Of a stretch of DNA of 64,000 bases, positions 37,402 through 47,262 are shown piece after piece; position 1 is the stretch's first letter; each line of letters opens with the position of its first letter. Position numbers and translations under genes: made by a program. The stretch is from Candidatus Latescibacterota bacterium. Lineage in GTDB: Bacteria > Latescibacterota > UBA2968. The DNA lies in NCBI GenBank assembly GCA_965207885.1, contig OZ242311.1:4352001-4416000 (forward strand). Direction: 5' to 3'. The notes under the pieces were generated by a model that saw only the letters and a list, made by a program, of their open reading frames with translations, made no database searches and was not told the origin of the DNA.

Positions 37402-38774
37402 ACGATTTCAAAATGGTCTCATTCGACGCTGGAACCCGAGTGCATTTTATCGGCATTGGCGGCATAAGCATGAGCGCGCTGGCTGAATTGCTCGCAGCAC
37501 GCGGATGCCTCATTTCGGGTTCTGACCGACAGGATTCACCGCTTATCCGGCGTTTGGTCCAACTCGGCATCCCCGTGCGAATTGGACATGCGCGCGGTGC
37601 CATTGCTGGAGCCGACTGCGTCGTTTACACATCGGCGACGGATTCTGAGAATCCCGAAAGAAAAGCCGCGCGTGAAAAAGGCATTCCCCTATTGCGCCGC
37701 GCTGAATTGCTCGGTCAACTTGTGAATCCACATCCCTCGATATGCGTGGCGGGGACACACGGCAAGACCACCACAACGGCAATGATCACGACCATGCTCA
37801 TCGCCGCTGGCCATGACCCTACTGCTCTTATAGGGGGTGTGATTTCTGGCTGGAAAACCGCGTTGCACATTGGCAATGGCGCGCACTGGGTAGTAGAAGC
37901 CGATGAATACGATCGCTCTTTTTTGACATTAAAACCCAAAATTGCCGTGGTGACTGCGCTGGAAGCCGATCACCTCGACTGCTACGAAGATATGAACGAC
38001 ATTCGCGTGACTTTTGAACAATTTGTCAATGCCCTGCCCAACGATGGCTGCGCAGTGTTGTGTGCCGACTCTCCCGATATACGCATGCTCAATCTCGATA
38101 GGCGATACAAAAAAATGACCTTCGGTTTGACAGACGGCGACCTTCGCGCAACAAGCATTGAACAAGACGGTTTTGGGATGGCTTTTGACGTGTTTAAAAA
38201 GAATACGCGGTTGGGGCGTGCGCGCCTTCAAGTGCCGGGCAGACACAATGTGACTAATGCTCTATCAGCACTTGGAGTTGGCGTGTATGTCGGCCTCAAT
38301 TGGGAAGAAATCTGTAGTGGTATCGAAGCATTTCGAGGTGTACATCGCCGGTTTGAAATGCTCGGCGAAGCGCGGGGTATCGCGGTGGTTGATGATTACG
38401 CCCATCACCCCACAGAAATTGCTGCCACACTTCAGGCTGTGCGGGCGGGATGGCGTGGCCGCCTTGTAGTCGCTTTTCAACCGCATTTGTACACCCGGAC
38501 ACGCGATTTTGCACGCGATTTTGCCCGAGTGTTACAACGGGCCGATCGCGTGTGGATCACCGATATTTATCCCGCACGAGAAGAACCCATTGCGGGCGTT
38601 GACGGGAAGTGGCTTGCCGATCAGATTTCCGGCGCAAATTACGCACCTGCGCTAAATGATTTAAAAGTGGCATTATTAAACGACTTGCGTGCTGGAGATC
38701 TTCTACTGGTTATGGGTGCTGGAGATATTGAAACAGTTGCCCGCGATATTTACCAAATGCTTAGAGAAATATAA
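37398..38774 (+). CDS. murC: UDP-MurNAc--L-alanine ligase
   Basis: 'HFIGIGGISMS', 'AGTHGKTTTT', 'EADEYD', 'DDYAHHPTEI', 'FQPHLYTRT'. Confidence 0.96.
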   Translation: MNDFKMVSFDAGTRVHFIGIGGISMSALAELLAARGCLISGSDRQDSPLIRRLVQLGIPVRIGHARGAIAGADCVVYTSATDSENPERKAAREKGIPLLRRAELLGQLVNPHPSICVAGTHGKTTTTAMITTMLIAAGHDPTALIGGVISGWKTALHIGNGAHWVVEADEYDRSFLTLKPKIAVVTALEADHLDCYEDMNDIRVTFEQFVNALPNDGCAVLCADSPDIRMLNLDRRYKKMTFGLTDGDLRATSIEQDGFGMAFDVFKKNTRLGRARLQVPGRHNVTNALSALGVGVYVGLNWEEICSGIEAFRGVHRRFEMLGEARGIAVVDDYAHHPTEIAATLQAVRAGWRGRLVVAFQPHLYTRTRDFARDFARVLQRADRVWITDIYPAREEPIAGVDGKWLADQISGANYAPALNDLKVALLNDLRAGDLLLVMGAGDIETVARDIYQMLREI

Positions 38775-38778
38775 GGCA

Positions 38779-39696
38779 ATGTACGATGCAAGACGCAATT
38801 TGCTCGCGAGAGAGATTCAACGCCAATGCCGGGGAAAGCTCAAGCGTGATGAATCTCTCGCCAAACACACGACATTTGGGTTGGGTGGTACAGCAGACCT
38901 CTTTTTTTCCCCGGCCGATCTCAGCGATTTGGCCATTGCTGTACCCCTGATCAAAGATGCCGGCCTTCCGATTTTTCCGCTGGGTGGGGGAACGAATACT
39001 CTCGTGCGCGACAGCGGATTCCACGGACTGGTCATTTCACTGACAACGGGCGCACGACGTATTGAGATTGGGGATGATGAAGGCGTCATACAGGCCGGTG
39101 CAAGCACGCAGGTGGTATCTCGACAATGCCAGCGGGCAGGCAAAACAGGATTGGAATTTGGGTGTGGAATCCCCGGCACCATCGGCGGTGCAATATGGGG
39201 CAATGCCGGCGCCTGGGGCGGTGAAACGATGGATCGGGTGAACTGGTTGCGCGGTGTCGATCTCAGAACGAGTCGGGAAATTTACCTCAAGCAATCCGAC
39301 ATTTCTTTTGGATATCGACACACAAACTTGCCTACTGATCTGCTCATTGTCGAAGCCGGGTTCCGACTTGCAGAAGGCGATCCCAAAACCATTGCCGCCG
39401 AGATGAATCGCATGCTGGCAGAGCGCAAGAGCACGCAACCGCTGTCAAACCGCAGTTCAGGGTGCATTTTTAAGAATCCACCAAGTCATTCTGCGGGAGC
39501 GCTCATCGATAGTGCCGGATGTAAAGGGATGTCGATAGGTGCAGTGAAAGTTTCGGATGTACACGCCAATTTTATGGTCAACCTCGGTGGGCATTCCACC
39601 GAAGATGTACTCGCGCTGATTGCGCGGGTTCAAAAGCGCGTTTTTCAGGTTCACAAAATTGAATTGGAGACAGAAGTAAGGATATTGGGTGAATAA
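38779..39696 (+). CDS. murB: UDP-N-acetylenolpyruvoylglucosamine reductase
   Basis: 'HTTFGLGG', 'GIPGTIGGA..NAGA', 'SSGCIFKNP', 'HANF', 'LETEV'. Confidence 0.95.
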   Translation: MYDARRNLLAREIQRQCRGKLKRDESLAKHTTFGLGGTADLFFSPADLSDLAIAVPLIKDAGLPIFPLGGGTNTLVRDSGFHGLVISLTTGARRIEIGDDEGVIQAGASTQVVSRQCQRAGKTGLEFGCGIPGTIGGAIWGNAGAWGGETMDRVNWLRGVDLRTSREIYLKQSDISFGYRHTNLPTDLLIVEAGFRLAEGDPKTIAAEMNRMLAERKSTQPLSNRSSGCIFKNPPSHSAGALIDSAGCKGMSIGAVKVSDVHANFMVNLGGHSTEDVLALIARVQKRVFQVHKIELETEVRILGE

Positions 39697-39719
39697 TGAT
39701 CTTTTCTCAGGAGGGTTTT

Positions 39720-40535
39720 ATGTCTGAGTATAAACCAATCTATATCTCTCACAGGTCTAAAAATATACAGGACGCGGTGAACACGACCCTGAACACAACG
39801 CCTGCGCCGCAGAAACGTCCGCGAAAATTCGCGCGCTGGGTAATTGTTATGACACTGATGAGCCTGCTGGGTGTGGGCATCCAAAATGCCTATTCATCGC
39901 TAACAGATTCAGATTTCTTTCTCATGACACATATTCGGGTCCTCGGTAACTCCCTGATGTCTGAAACTGAAATCTTAGCTCTTTCGCAATTGCAGGTGGG
40001 CACAAATCTCTTTGCCTGTGATATAACATCTGTAACAGAACGTGTGGCACAACACCCGATGGTCAAAAAAGTGTTGCTACACAGAGAACCACCGGAAACG
40101 CTGGTCATTAGCATTGAGGAACGCCAGCCTGTTGGACTGTTGAACACGCCCAATGGTTTGATGGGGCTGGATGAGTCTGGCAAAATTTTCCCCCTGTCCC
40201 CTGCGGCGCAGGTGGATTTGCCCATTCTGACGGGTATTGATTTGCAACGAGATAAGGATGGCTCCTGGGCAAGTGCTCTGGCGAAATTTGTGACGGCATT
40301 GCAAATCCGCACACCGGCGTTTTGGCGTGAAATTTCAGAAATTTGCACGGACAATCCCCATTCTGCTACGGTTTATCTGGTGGCTGATGATCTGGCCCTC
40401 AGAATGCGTTTAGAAAACCCCGAAAAGCAGATTCGGAATTTCCGGGCCTACACCCAGGCCTCATCTGGACTTGGTACAGACCTCGCGTATATTGACCTGC
40501 GCTATCGGGATCAAGTAATCGTGGGAAGGCGGTAG
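39720..40535 (+). CDS. ftsQ: Cell division protein FtsQ
   Basis: TM + POTRA ('I.VLGN', 'PETLVISIEERQP'), C-terminal 'YIDLRY.DQVI'; AGGAGG RBS. Confidence 0.88.
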   Translation: MSEYKPIYISHRSKNIQDAVNTTLNTTPAPQKRPRKFARWVIVMTLMSLLGVGIQNAYSSLTDSDFFLMTHIRVLGNSLMSETEILALSQLQVGTNLFACDITSVTERVAQHPMVKKVLLHREPPETLVISIEERQPVGLLNTPNGLMGLDESGKIFPLSPAAQVDLPILTGIDLQRDKDGSWASALAKFVTALQIRTPAFWREISEICTDNPHSATVYLVADDLALRMRLENPEKQIRNFRAYTQASSGLGTDLAYIDLRYRDQVIVGRR

Positions 40536-40563
40536 TAGTTCATTAGTGAAAGGGACCCACACG

Positions 40564-41784
40564 ATGGATCGGATTGTTGGACTCGATATTGGCTCCACCA
40601 AGATCTGTGCTGTTGTAGCTGAAGTAGATGACGATGGTACGCTCAAAATCACGGGATTGGGCAGCAGTCCCTCCCAGGGCCTCAAGCGCGGTGTGGTGAT
40701 CAATGTGGAAAAGACCGTGCAATCTATCCGCACAGCTATAGAAGAAGCGCAGGAAATGTCGGGCACGCGCATCGGTGCTGTTTATGCGGGCATTGCGGGA
40801 GATCATATTCGCAGCGTGAATACGCGAGCGGTTGTGGCCGTTTCGGGACCGGACAACGAGATTACGGCCAATGATGAAGAACGTGCGATTGAAGCAGCCA
40901 AAGCGGTATCTATTCCCATGGATCGAGAAATTGTTCATGTGCTGCCGCAGGCTTTTGTAGTTGACGATCAGCCCGGTATTAAAGACCCCATAGGCATGTC
41001 GGGTGTGAGACTCGAAGTCGATGTGCATATTGTAACCGGCGCAGTAACTTCAGCGCAGAATATCTGCAAAAGTATCCGTCGTGCAGGTGTAGAGGTGGTG
41101 GATCTGGTGCTTGAACCCATTGCTTCGAGTTATGCTGTATTGACACCTGACGAAGAGGAAATGGGCGTGGCACTGGTCGATGTAGGAGGTGGCACGACCG
41201 ATCTCGCGGTGTTTTACGATGGTGCTATTCGCCATACAGCCGTTGTGGGATTGGGGGGAGCAAATGTGACAAACGATATGGCTATTGGTTTGCGCACGCC
41301 CTGGAAACAAGCCGAAGACATGAAACGAGAAAGCGGCTGTGCATTGCAATCACTGGTCAAGCCCAACGATATGATCGAAGTGCCGGGTGTTGCCGGAAGA
41401 CCTTCTCGCAAGGTGTCCCGGACAAAAATGGCCGCGATTATTGAGGCGCGCATGGAAGAAATTTTTGGACATATAAATCAGGAGATTCGCCGCACCGACT
41501 ATGCCGACTTACTGGGGGCGGGCATCGTACTCACAGGTGGGGGTTCAATGCTCCAGGGTTGTGCTGAACTGGCCAAAGAAATTTTTGACTCACCCGTGAC
41601 TATTGGCAAACCTCGAGGGATAACGGGACGAGCCAATGCCGTGAGCGAACCGCTCTATGCCACCGCTGTTGGGCTGGTACAATTTGGGCTATTTCACCAA
41701 AATGGCAATTTTATATCCGATGACGGCGTTTTTCACAATTCAATTTTTGGTCGTATGAAAAACTGGATTCGGGATTTTTTTTAA
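40564..41784 (+). CDS. ftsA: Cell division protein FtsA
   Basis: 'GLDIGSTKI', 'DVGGGTTD', 'VLTGGGS', C-terminal amphipathic helix 'FGRMKNWIRDFF'. Confidence 0.97.
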   Translation: MDRIVGLDIGSTKICAVVAEVDDDGTLKITGLGSSPSQGLKRGVVINVEKTVQSIRTAIEEAQEMSGTRIGAVYAGIAGDHIRSVNTRAVVAVSGPDNEITANDEERAIEAAKAVSIPMDREIVHVLPQAFVVDDQPGIKDPIGMSGVRLEVDVHIVTGAVTSAQNICKSIRRAGVEVVDLVLEPIASSYAVLTPDEEEMGVALVDVGGGTTDLAVFYDGAIRHTAVVGLGGANVTNDMAIGLRTPWKQAEDMKRESGCALQSLVKPNDMIEVPGVAGRPSRKVSRTKMAAIIEARMEEIFGHINQEIRRTDYADLLGAGIVLTGGGSMLQGCAELAKEIFDSPVTIGKPRGITGRANAVSEPLYATAVGLVQFGLFHQNGNFISDDGVFHNSIFGRMKNWIRDFF

Positions 41785-41863
41785 GGATCTTCAATCTCCA
41801 CTAAATTTGTGTCTAATCGTTAATAGTCAATCAATTTCTAATGTATTTAAACAGGGGGTTCTC

Positions 41864-43096
41864 ATGGTAACTTTTTCTATTGTCGACGCCGATAGCCAGG
41901 CCAAAATTCGGGTCGTAGGCGTTGGGGGATCAGGTGGTAATGCGATCAATCGCATGATTGAGTCGGGATTGCAGGGCGTTGAGTTTATCGCCATCAACAC
42001 CGACGAACAAGATCTCGAACTTTCACAGGCGCCTAATTGCATTCAAATTGGGCGCAATATCACAAAGGGGTTGGGCGCGGGTGCCAATCCCGAAATTGGT
42101 GCAGAGGCCATTGAAGAAAATCGCGACGAGGTGGCCGAGGCATTGGCTGAGTCCGATATGGTTTTTGTGACCGCTGGCATGGGTGGCGGCACGGGCACGG
42201 GTGCAGCGCCCACCGTCGCCGAAATTGCTCGCGAGGTAGGCGCGCTCACTGTAGGCATTGTGAGCCTGCCTTTTAGAATGGAAGGCATGCCGCGCATGCG
42301 CAATGCCCAAGCGGGTATTGATTCCCTGAAAAGAGCCGCGGATACAGTGATTATTATCCCCAATCAGCGACTTTTGGAAATCAGTTCAGAAGATACAACA
42401 CTGACAGAGGCATTTCTCATCGCCGATGATATTTTGTTGCAGGCCACGCGGGGTATTTCCGATTTGATCACCATACCCGGCGAAGTGAATCTCGACTTTA
42501 ATGACGTGCGTACGGTAATGCAAGCCGGCGGCGATGCACTGATGGGTACAGCCGAAGCTTCTGGCGAAAATCGGGCGATTACAGCAGCCGAAAAAGCATT
42601 GAATAGCCCATTGCTCGACAATGTATCTGTTGCGGGTGCTCAGGGGGTGCTGGTTAATATTTCCGCCAGCAGCGAACTGAAGCTGTTTGAAATGGATAAA
42701 GCTGTGAATCTCATAACCGATGCCGTGGGCCACGAAGCCAATATTATATGGGGTACGGTACTCGATGATAACCTCGGGGACGAAATGCGCGTCACAGTTA
42801 TTGCCACGGGCTTTAATACTGGATCACCACCGAAGCCCAATGCAAACATTTCTTACTCAAAATTCACACCCGAGCCTACTGTTAGCACAGATATTCCAGC
42901 CTTTATACGCAAAATTGAATCTGAGAATACTGAGCTTGATACAGAGGAAGTACCCGAGGAAAAACTCGAGGAAAAATTCGAGGAAAAACTCGAGGAAAAA
43001 CCCGAAGAAAAACCCGAAGAAAAACCCAAAATCGACACCATATCTCTAAACGATCTACAATACCCTACATTTCTTCGCAGACAAAAGGAAGGATAA
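41864..43096 (+). CDS. ftsZ: Cell division protein FtsZ
   Basis: 'GVGGSGGNA', tubulin signature 'GMGGGTGTGA', 'NLDFND', 'VTVIATG'. Confidence 0.98.
   Translation: MVTFSIVDADSQAKIRVVGVGGSGGNAINRMIESGLQGVEFIAINTDEQDLELSQAPNCIQIGRNITKGLGAGANPEIGAEAIEENRDEVAEALAESDMVFVTAGMGGGTGTGAAPTVAEIAREVGALTVGIVSLPFRMEGMPRMRNAQAGIDSLKRAADTVIIIPNQRLLEISSEDTTLTEAFLIADDILLQATRGISDLITIPGEVNLDFNDVRTVMQAGGDALMGTAEASGENRAITAAEKALNSPLLDNVSVAGAQGVLVNISASSELKLFEMDKAVNLITDAVGHEANIIWGTVLDDNLGDEMRVTVIATGFNTGSPPKPNANISYSKFTPEPTVSTDIPAFIRKIESENTELDTEEVPEEKLEEKFEEKLEEKPEEKPEEKPKIDTISLNDLQYPTFLRRQKEG
42953..43030 (+). repeat. 12-bp tandem repeat (xEEK) x6 in the FtsZ linker
   Basis: CCCGAGGAAAAA CTCGAGGAAAAA TTCGAGGAAAAA CTCGAGGAAAAA CCCGAAGAAAAA CCCGAAGAAAAA. 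Confidence 0.9.
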
Positions 43097-43098
43097 AA

Positions 43099-43130
43099 TA
43101 AGACGTGAGACGTAAGACGCAAGACGTAAG
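43099..43130 (+). repeat. Heptamer tandem repeat just after the ftsZ stop
   Basis: TAAGACG TGAGACG TAAGACG CAAGACG TAAG. Confidence 0.85.
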
Positions 43131-43137
43131 CTCCCCC

Positions 43138-44025
43138 TTGCGTCTCCCCCAACAACAGGCATATCTCTACGCAATATCTGCCGTCTTTCTGTGGTCAATG
43201 GCGGCCACGGCATTTAAGTTATCGCTACGCGTTTTAGATCCTATCCAACTTTTGTTCTACGCTGTACTTGCGTCGTCCATTGTTCTGGGCCTGATTTTAA
43301 TGGTTCAGGGCAAATGGTCGGCGGTTTTTTTGTGTACGCGACGGCAGTATTTGCAATCCCTCGGATTGGGGTTGCTCAATCCATGTGCCTACTATCTGGT
43401 ATTGCTTCGCGCTTATGACCTGCTGCCCGCTCAGGAAGCACAACCACTGAATTACACCTGGGCAATTGCCTTGGCCCTGTTGTCCATTCCCCTTTTAAAA
43501 CAAAAACTGACCCTTTGGGATGTGATCGGCGGGACTGTGAGTTATGCGGGGGTATTTGTGATTTCTACTCGGGGCGATATAATGGGATTTCGATTTTCCA
43601 ATCCCCTGGGAGTGGGACTGGCTCTTTTCAGCAGTTTCTTGTGGGCACTGTACTGGATCTTCAACAAACGGGATACACGTGACCCGGTTGTGGGAATGTT
43701 TTTGAATTTTGTTTTTGCATTGCCTTTTGTTCTGACAATCTGCATTGCATTTTCAGATATGCGGGTCAATATACAGGGGTTAGGCGGCGCTATTTACGTC
43801 GGCTTATTTGAAATGGGCATAACATTTGTCCTGTGGTTGTCGGCGATGAAGCTTACTGATCACACGGCGCGAATCGGAAATTTGATTTTTTTGTCCCCAT
43901 TCTTATCCCTCGTCTTTATCCACTTTTTGGTAGGAGAAGACATATTTCCCTCCACTTATGTCGGACTGACGTTGATCATCGCGGGCTTGATTGTACAACA
44001 AAAAAAGCCCCAGAGCGTTGCTTGA
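43138..44025 (+). CDS. DMT/EamA family transporter (start uncertain, 43105 or 43138)
   Basis: About 10 TM helices in two EamA repeats; 'AQPLNYTW', 'LIFLSPFLS'. Confidence 0.85.
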   Translation: MRLPQQQAYLYAISAVFLWSMAATAFKLSLRVLDPIQLLFYAVLASSIVLGLILMVQGKWSAVFLCTRRQYLQSLGLGLLNPCAYYLVLLRAYDLLPAQEAQPLNYTWAIALALLSIPLLKQKLTLWDVIGGTVSYAGVFVISTRGDIMGFRFSNPLGVGLALFSSFLWALYWIFNKRDTRDPVVGMFLNFVFALPFVLTICIAFSDMRVNIQGLGGAIYVGLFEMGITFVLWLSAMKLTDHTARIGNLIFLSPFLSLVFIHFLVGEDIFPSTYVGLTLIIAGLIVQQKKPQSVA

Positions 44026-44095
44026 ACCGCTTTACACGCTACGCATTTGACATTAGTTTAATCCGATTCCACAAATAATTGATCAAGGAGGGTTT

Positions 44096-45637
44096 ATGTC
44101 CCAACGTCCGAATATCCTGATTTTGCACAGTGACGAACACAGTTTTCGCTTTTTGTCCGCGCGCAGCCGCGAGCGGGGTGGTGAACCCTGTCACACGCCC
44201 ACATTGGACGGTTTGATCGCACAAGGCGTCAATTTTGACGCGGCCTATTGTCAAATGCCGCTGTGTACACCAAGCCGTATTTCGATGCTTACAGGGCGGC
44301 ACGCCCATCGGTGTGGCGCATGGACCAATGGATCGATTTTAGATCCCGATTTGCCCACTTTTGGCAGTCATTTTCAGGCCAATGGGTATGAAACAGCGGT
44401 CGTGGGCAAAACGCATTTGGGCGGATCTTTGCAACACGCCGGATTTGGCGCGCGGCCCTATGGCGACTTCGGTGGTCCCTGTTCCCATCAACCCGACCCA
44501 TTGCACAAAACAGGAGATGGTTTGCGGACGCGCACGGTCAATGCGGGAATCAGCGAGGTACCCGAATCGCTCTTACAAGAAAATATGATCGCACGCGAAT
44601 CGCTTGCGTGGCTGCGCGAACATCGCCATGCCAATCCCGATAAGCCGTGGCTGGTCTATACGTCATTTAGCCGCCCGCACTTCCCACTAACCGCGCCGAA
44701 GCGATTTTTTGACCGTTATTATCCCGAAGGGGTAACACCACCCTGGGTGCGCCGCACCGGCGATAGTGCCGACCATCCGATGACAGTAGGAGCGATCAGG
44801 GGATTTCGTACCGAAGAGATCGCCGAAGATGAAATGATGAAAGCGCGCGCAGCTTATTTTGCAGCAGTCGATTTTTTAGACGAAATTCTGGGCGATTTTC
44901 TGGCCTTACTCAACCGCGATGGATTTTTGGATAACACAGTCATTGTATATACATCCGATCACGGAGAACTGGTGGGCGAACACGGAATATGGTGGAAAAA
45001 TACCTGGCACGAAGCAGCCGCTCACGTGCCTTTCATCTTTTCGCTTCCCGAACACCGCAACGGTAGCCTGAACTCGCGAGAAATACGCACACCCGTAAGC
45101 CTCGCCGACCTCTTCCCCACACTTTGTGGATTGGCGGGTCTAAATTGTCCAGATGGAGTGGATGGTGTGGATTTGACAGATAGATTAAAAGGAGAAACGA
45201 GTGCCGCACGCAATAACCGCGCAGGCGTGATTACCGAATCACTAAATCCGCGCTGGGGCAAAGGCTCAGAGTTTCGGATGATACGCTCCAAAAAGTATAA
45301 ATATATCGCATTTCGAGACTGTGAAGACCTCGCCTTTGATATGGAAACCGATCCCGACGAGCAACGCAATTTGCTAAAACATGATCCCGACAATACCGAC
45401 TTAAAAGCGTTGCGAGAAGCGGTACTGGATGGATTTGACTTTGACGAAGTGGAAGCCCTCCGCGAAAAGCAGACTGCTGAATTACGCGCAAAATATCCAG
45501 CGCGTGTAAAAATGCAAACCCCCAATCAAATTCTGCGAGGCGACGGCAAATTGGTCGAAGTCGATACACCTCTATACGCCCCCAAAGTGATCAGCGACGA
45601 TCTCTCACGAGACTTTGACGATTATCCCGCTCGGTAG
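44096..45637 (+). CDS. Formylglycine-dependent sulfatase (choline-sulfatase-like), no signal peptide
   Basis: 'RPNILILHSDEH', CxPxR 'CTPSR..LTGR', 'GKTH', 'PHFP', 'YTSDHG'. Confidence 0.9.
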   Translation: MSQRPNILILHSDEHSFRFLSARSRERGGEPCHTPTLDGLIAQGVNFDAAYCQMPLCTPSRISMLTGRHAHRCGAWTNGSILDPDLPTFGSHFQANGYETAVVGKTHLGGSLQHAGFGARPYGDFGGPCSHQPDPLHKTGDGLRTRTVNAGISEVPESLLQENMIARESLAWLREHRHANPDKPWLVYTSFSRPHFPLTAPKRFFDRYYPEGVTPPWVRRTGDSADHPMTVGAIRGFRTEEIAEDEMMKARAAYFAAVDFLDEILGDFLALLNRDGFLDNTVIVYTSDHGELVGEHGIWWKNTWHEAAAHVPFIFSLPEHRNGSLNSREIRTPVSLADLFPTLCGLAGLNCPDGVDGVDLTDRLKGETSAARNNRAGVITESLNPRWGKGSEFRMIRSKKYKYIAFRDCEDLAFDMETDPDEQRNLLKHDPDNTDLKALREAVLDGFDFDEVEALREKQTAELRAKYPARVKMQTPNQILRGDGKLVEVDTPLYAPKVISDDLSRDFDDYPAR

Positions 45638-45647
45638 GCGTTCAACT

Positions 45648-46208
45648 TTATGGAGGTTGCAATAACAACTTTTTCTCACAAACAGACACATCGCCCAAAT
45701 CACAAGAAATGGTGGCGAACCACTTACCTGTTGCTGTGCGGTTTATCGTGCAAGCTTTGGGTATGCCCTCAAGGAGTCTGTGTTGCACAATTCTAAGACA
45801 TCCGATCTTTCCCAAACGGAGACCTTTTTCATCCAGACGGCAACCATTGGAAAATTGTGGGTAGGTGATGGAATCATAGCGGCTTTGGCCCTTGTATCTG
45901 GGAAAACCCGCTTTTTCGCCTTTCTGCTTGGCGCGGCGAAAAAACGCCTTGAATGCAAGGTCAACCCTCGTTGCCACCTGTTGCAACACCTGGCTATGCA
46001 CTTGCTTAAACTCAGGGCGTTGTTGCTTCATCATAGGCAGGATTTTTATCTGGTCATAGCAGGACAAAGATTGTTTTTCGCGTTCCCAGGCCTGCACCCT
46101 TGCACAGACCAGTTGGTTATACAACAATCGGCATTCTTCAATGTGCGCCAGCAGGATTTTCTCTTGCTTTTTCGTAGGACGCAGTCTGTATTTGAAAGCC
46201 TTAAGCAT
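45648..46208 (-). mobile_element. tnpB: Truncated IS200/IS605-family TnpB (IS1341-type remnant) lacking RuvC and zinc finger
   Basis: 'MLKAFKYRLRPT..Q', 'CRLLYN', 'VHSQVLQ', 'AFKAFF', 'GFPRYK', 'GKWFA'; ends before the RuvC-I GID motif, 10 bp from the convergent sulfatase stop. Confidence 0.88.
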
Positions 46209-46249
46209 AATAAAAATATATACTTAATAGCCATTTTGTCAAGTAAAAT

Positions 46250-46350
46250 GGTGGATGAATCATTGAGATTCATCCACCCCAATAACGCCTTGTGCGTTAT
46301 CCCCTAACTGAAGTCATCCCATAAGCCTGTCCCTGCAAAAGCAGGGATTC
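46250..46350. repeat. Cluster of REP-like/IS-end hairpins upstream of the tnpB remnant
   Basis: Perfect 12-bp inverted repeat GGTGGATGAATC-N5-GATTCATCCACC (46250-46278); TAACGC/GCGTTA hairpin; ATCCCCTAACTGAAGTCA; TCCCTGC-AAAA-GCAGGGA. Confidence 0.6.
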
Positions 46351-46443
46351 TAAGTCCTTTGCCATGCGACCCAACGCTAAACCTGTTGGATTTTACGAAC
46401 TTGTTAGATAAGAGCCATTGCGAGGATATTCACTATTCTCATT

Positions 46444-47151
46444 TTATTTTTTCTTTGAGGCTTGATCTGCCTGTATAAGCAAGTGCTCGAAGATGCGATC
46501 GAAGGTCGTATTAGGCATTTTTTCGGGATGAAATTGCACACCGATAATGCGACCATCTGGCGTTTCGATACCCTCTATGACTCGATCTTCACTGCGGGCA
46601 CTTATATTGAGTTCTCCGCCAATCGTCTCGAGTCCTTGCAGGTGAAAGCTATTGGTCGTACATTCGGTCTCGCCCAGAATAGACGAGAGATGGGAATTGG
46701 GATCGAGCGAGACCGCGTGATAAACGGGATCTTCGGTGCGCCCGGGTGAATGCGGATCGACATCGCATTGTATTTGAATATCGGCATAGATTGTGCCGCC
46801 AAATTGAGCATTGATAAATTGCATGCCATAGCAGATGCCCAAAACGGGCATCTGTTTTTTTTCCGCGTATTCAAAAGCGCGAATATCATTTTCATAGCGC
46901 GTGAGCGCAACCGCGGGCAGGTCTTTGGGCAGCTTGCCAACCAGACCTTGCGTAATACCGGGGCCGCCAGTAATAATCAGGCCATTGAGCAGGGCAAACA
47001 GTGGCGCGAGCGTTTCCTGTTCCTCTGTCATAGGCAGAATAAGAGGACAACCACCCGCGCGTTCTACCGCAATCACATACTCGTGATTTAGCGATTGCTG
47101 TTTACTCTTTGAAAGAAAGCTGGTCGTAATACCGATTATCGGACGTGACAT
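46444..47151 (-). CDS. Peptidase C26 / gamma-glutamyl-gamma-aminobutyrate hydrolase family
   Basis: 'RPIIGIT', 'LGICYGMQ', 'NSFHLQ', 'GVQFHPE' (Cys-His-Glu triad). Confidence 0.9.
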   Translation of the reverse strand: MSRPIIGITTSFLSKSKQQSLNHEYVIAVERAGGCPLILPMTEEQETLAPLFALLNGLIITGGPGITQGLVGKLPKDLPAVALTRYENDIRAFEYAEKKQMPVLGICYGMQFINAQFGGTIYADIQIQCDVDPHSPGRTEDPVYHAVSLDPNSHLSSILGETECTTNSFHLQGLETIGGELNISARSEDRVIEGIETPDGRIIGVQFHPEKMPNTTFDRIFEHLLIQADQASKKK

Positions 47152-47262
47152 TTTAAAAATTGGATAGAATTGACAGTGCTTTTTACTTGATGAATGCACA
47201 AATATGTGACATCATGGAATGAAGAACAAGGTTAAAATAAAGAACTTGAACAGGAGGCGAAA

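Noticed and set aside
45648-46208. Active TnpB/Cas12f-like nuclease or TldR-type regulator
   Set aside because: RuvC and zinc finger are missing entirely, with no space for a guide RNA downstream; TldRs keep the full-length fold
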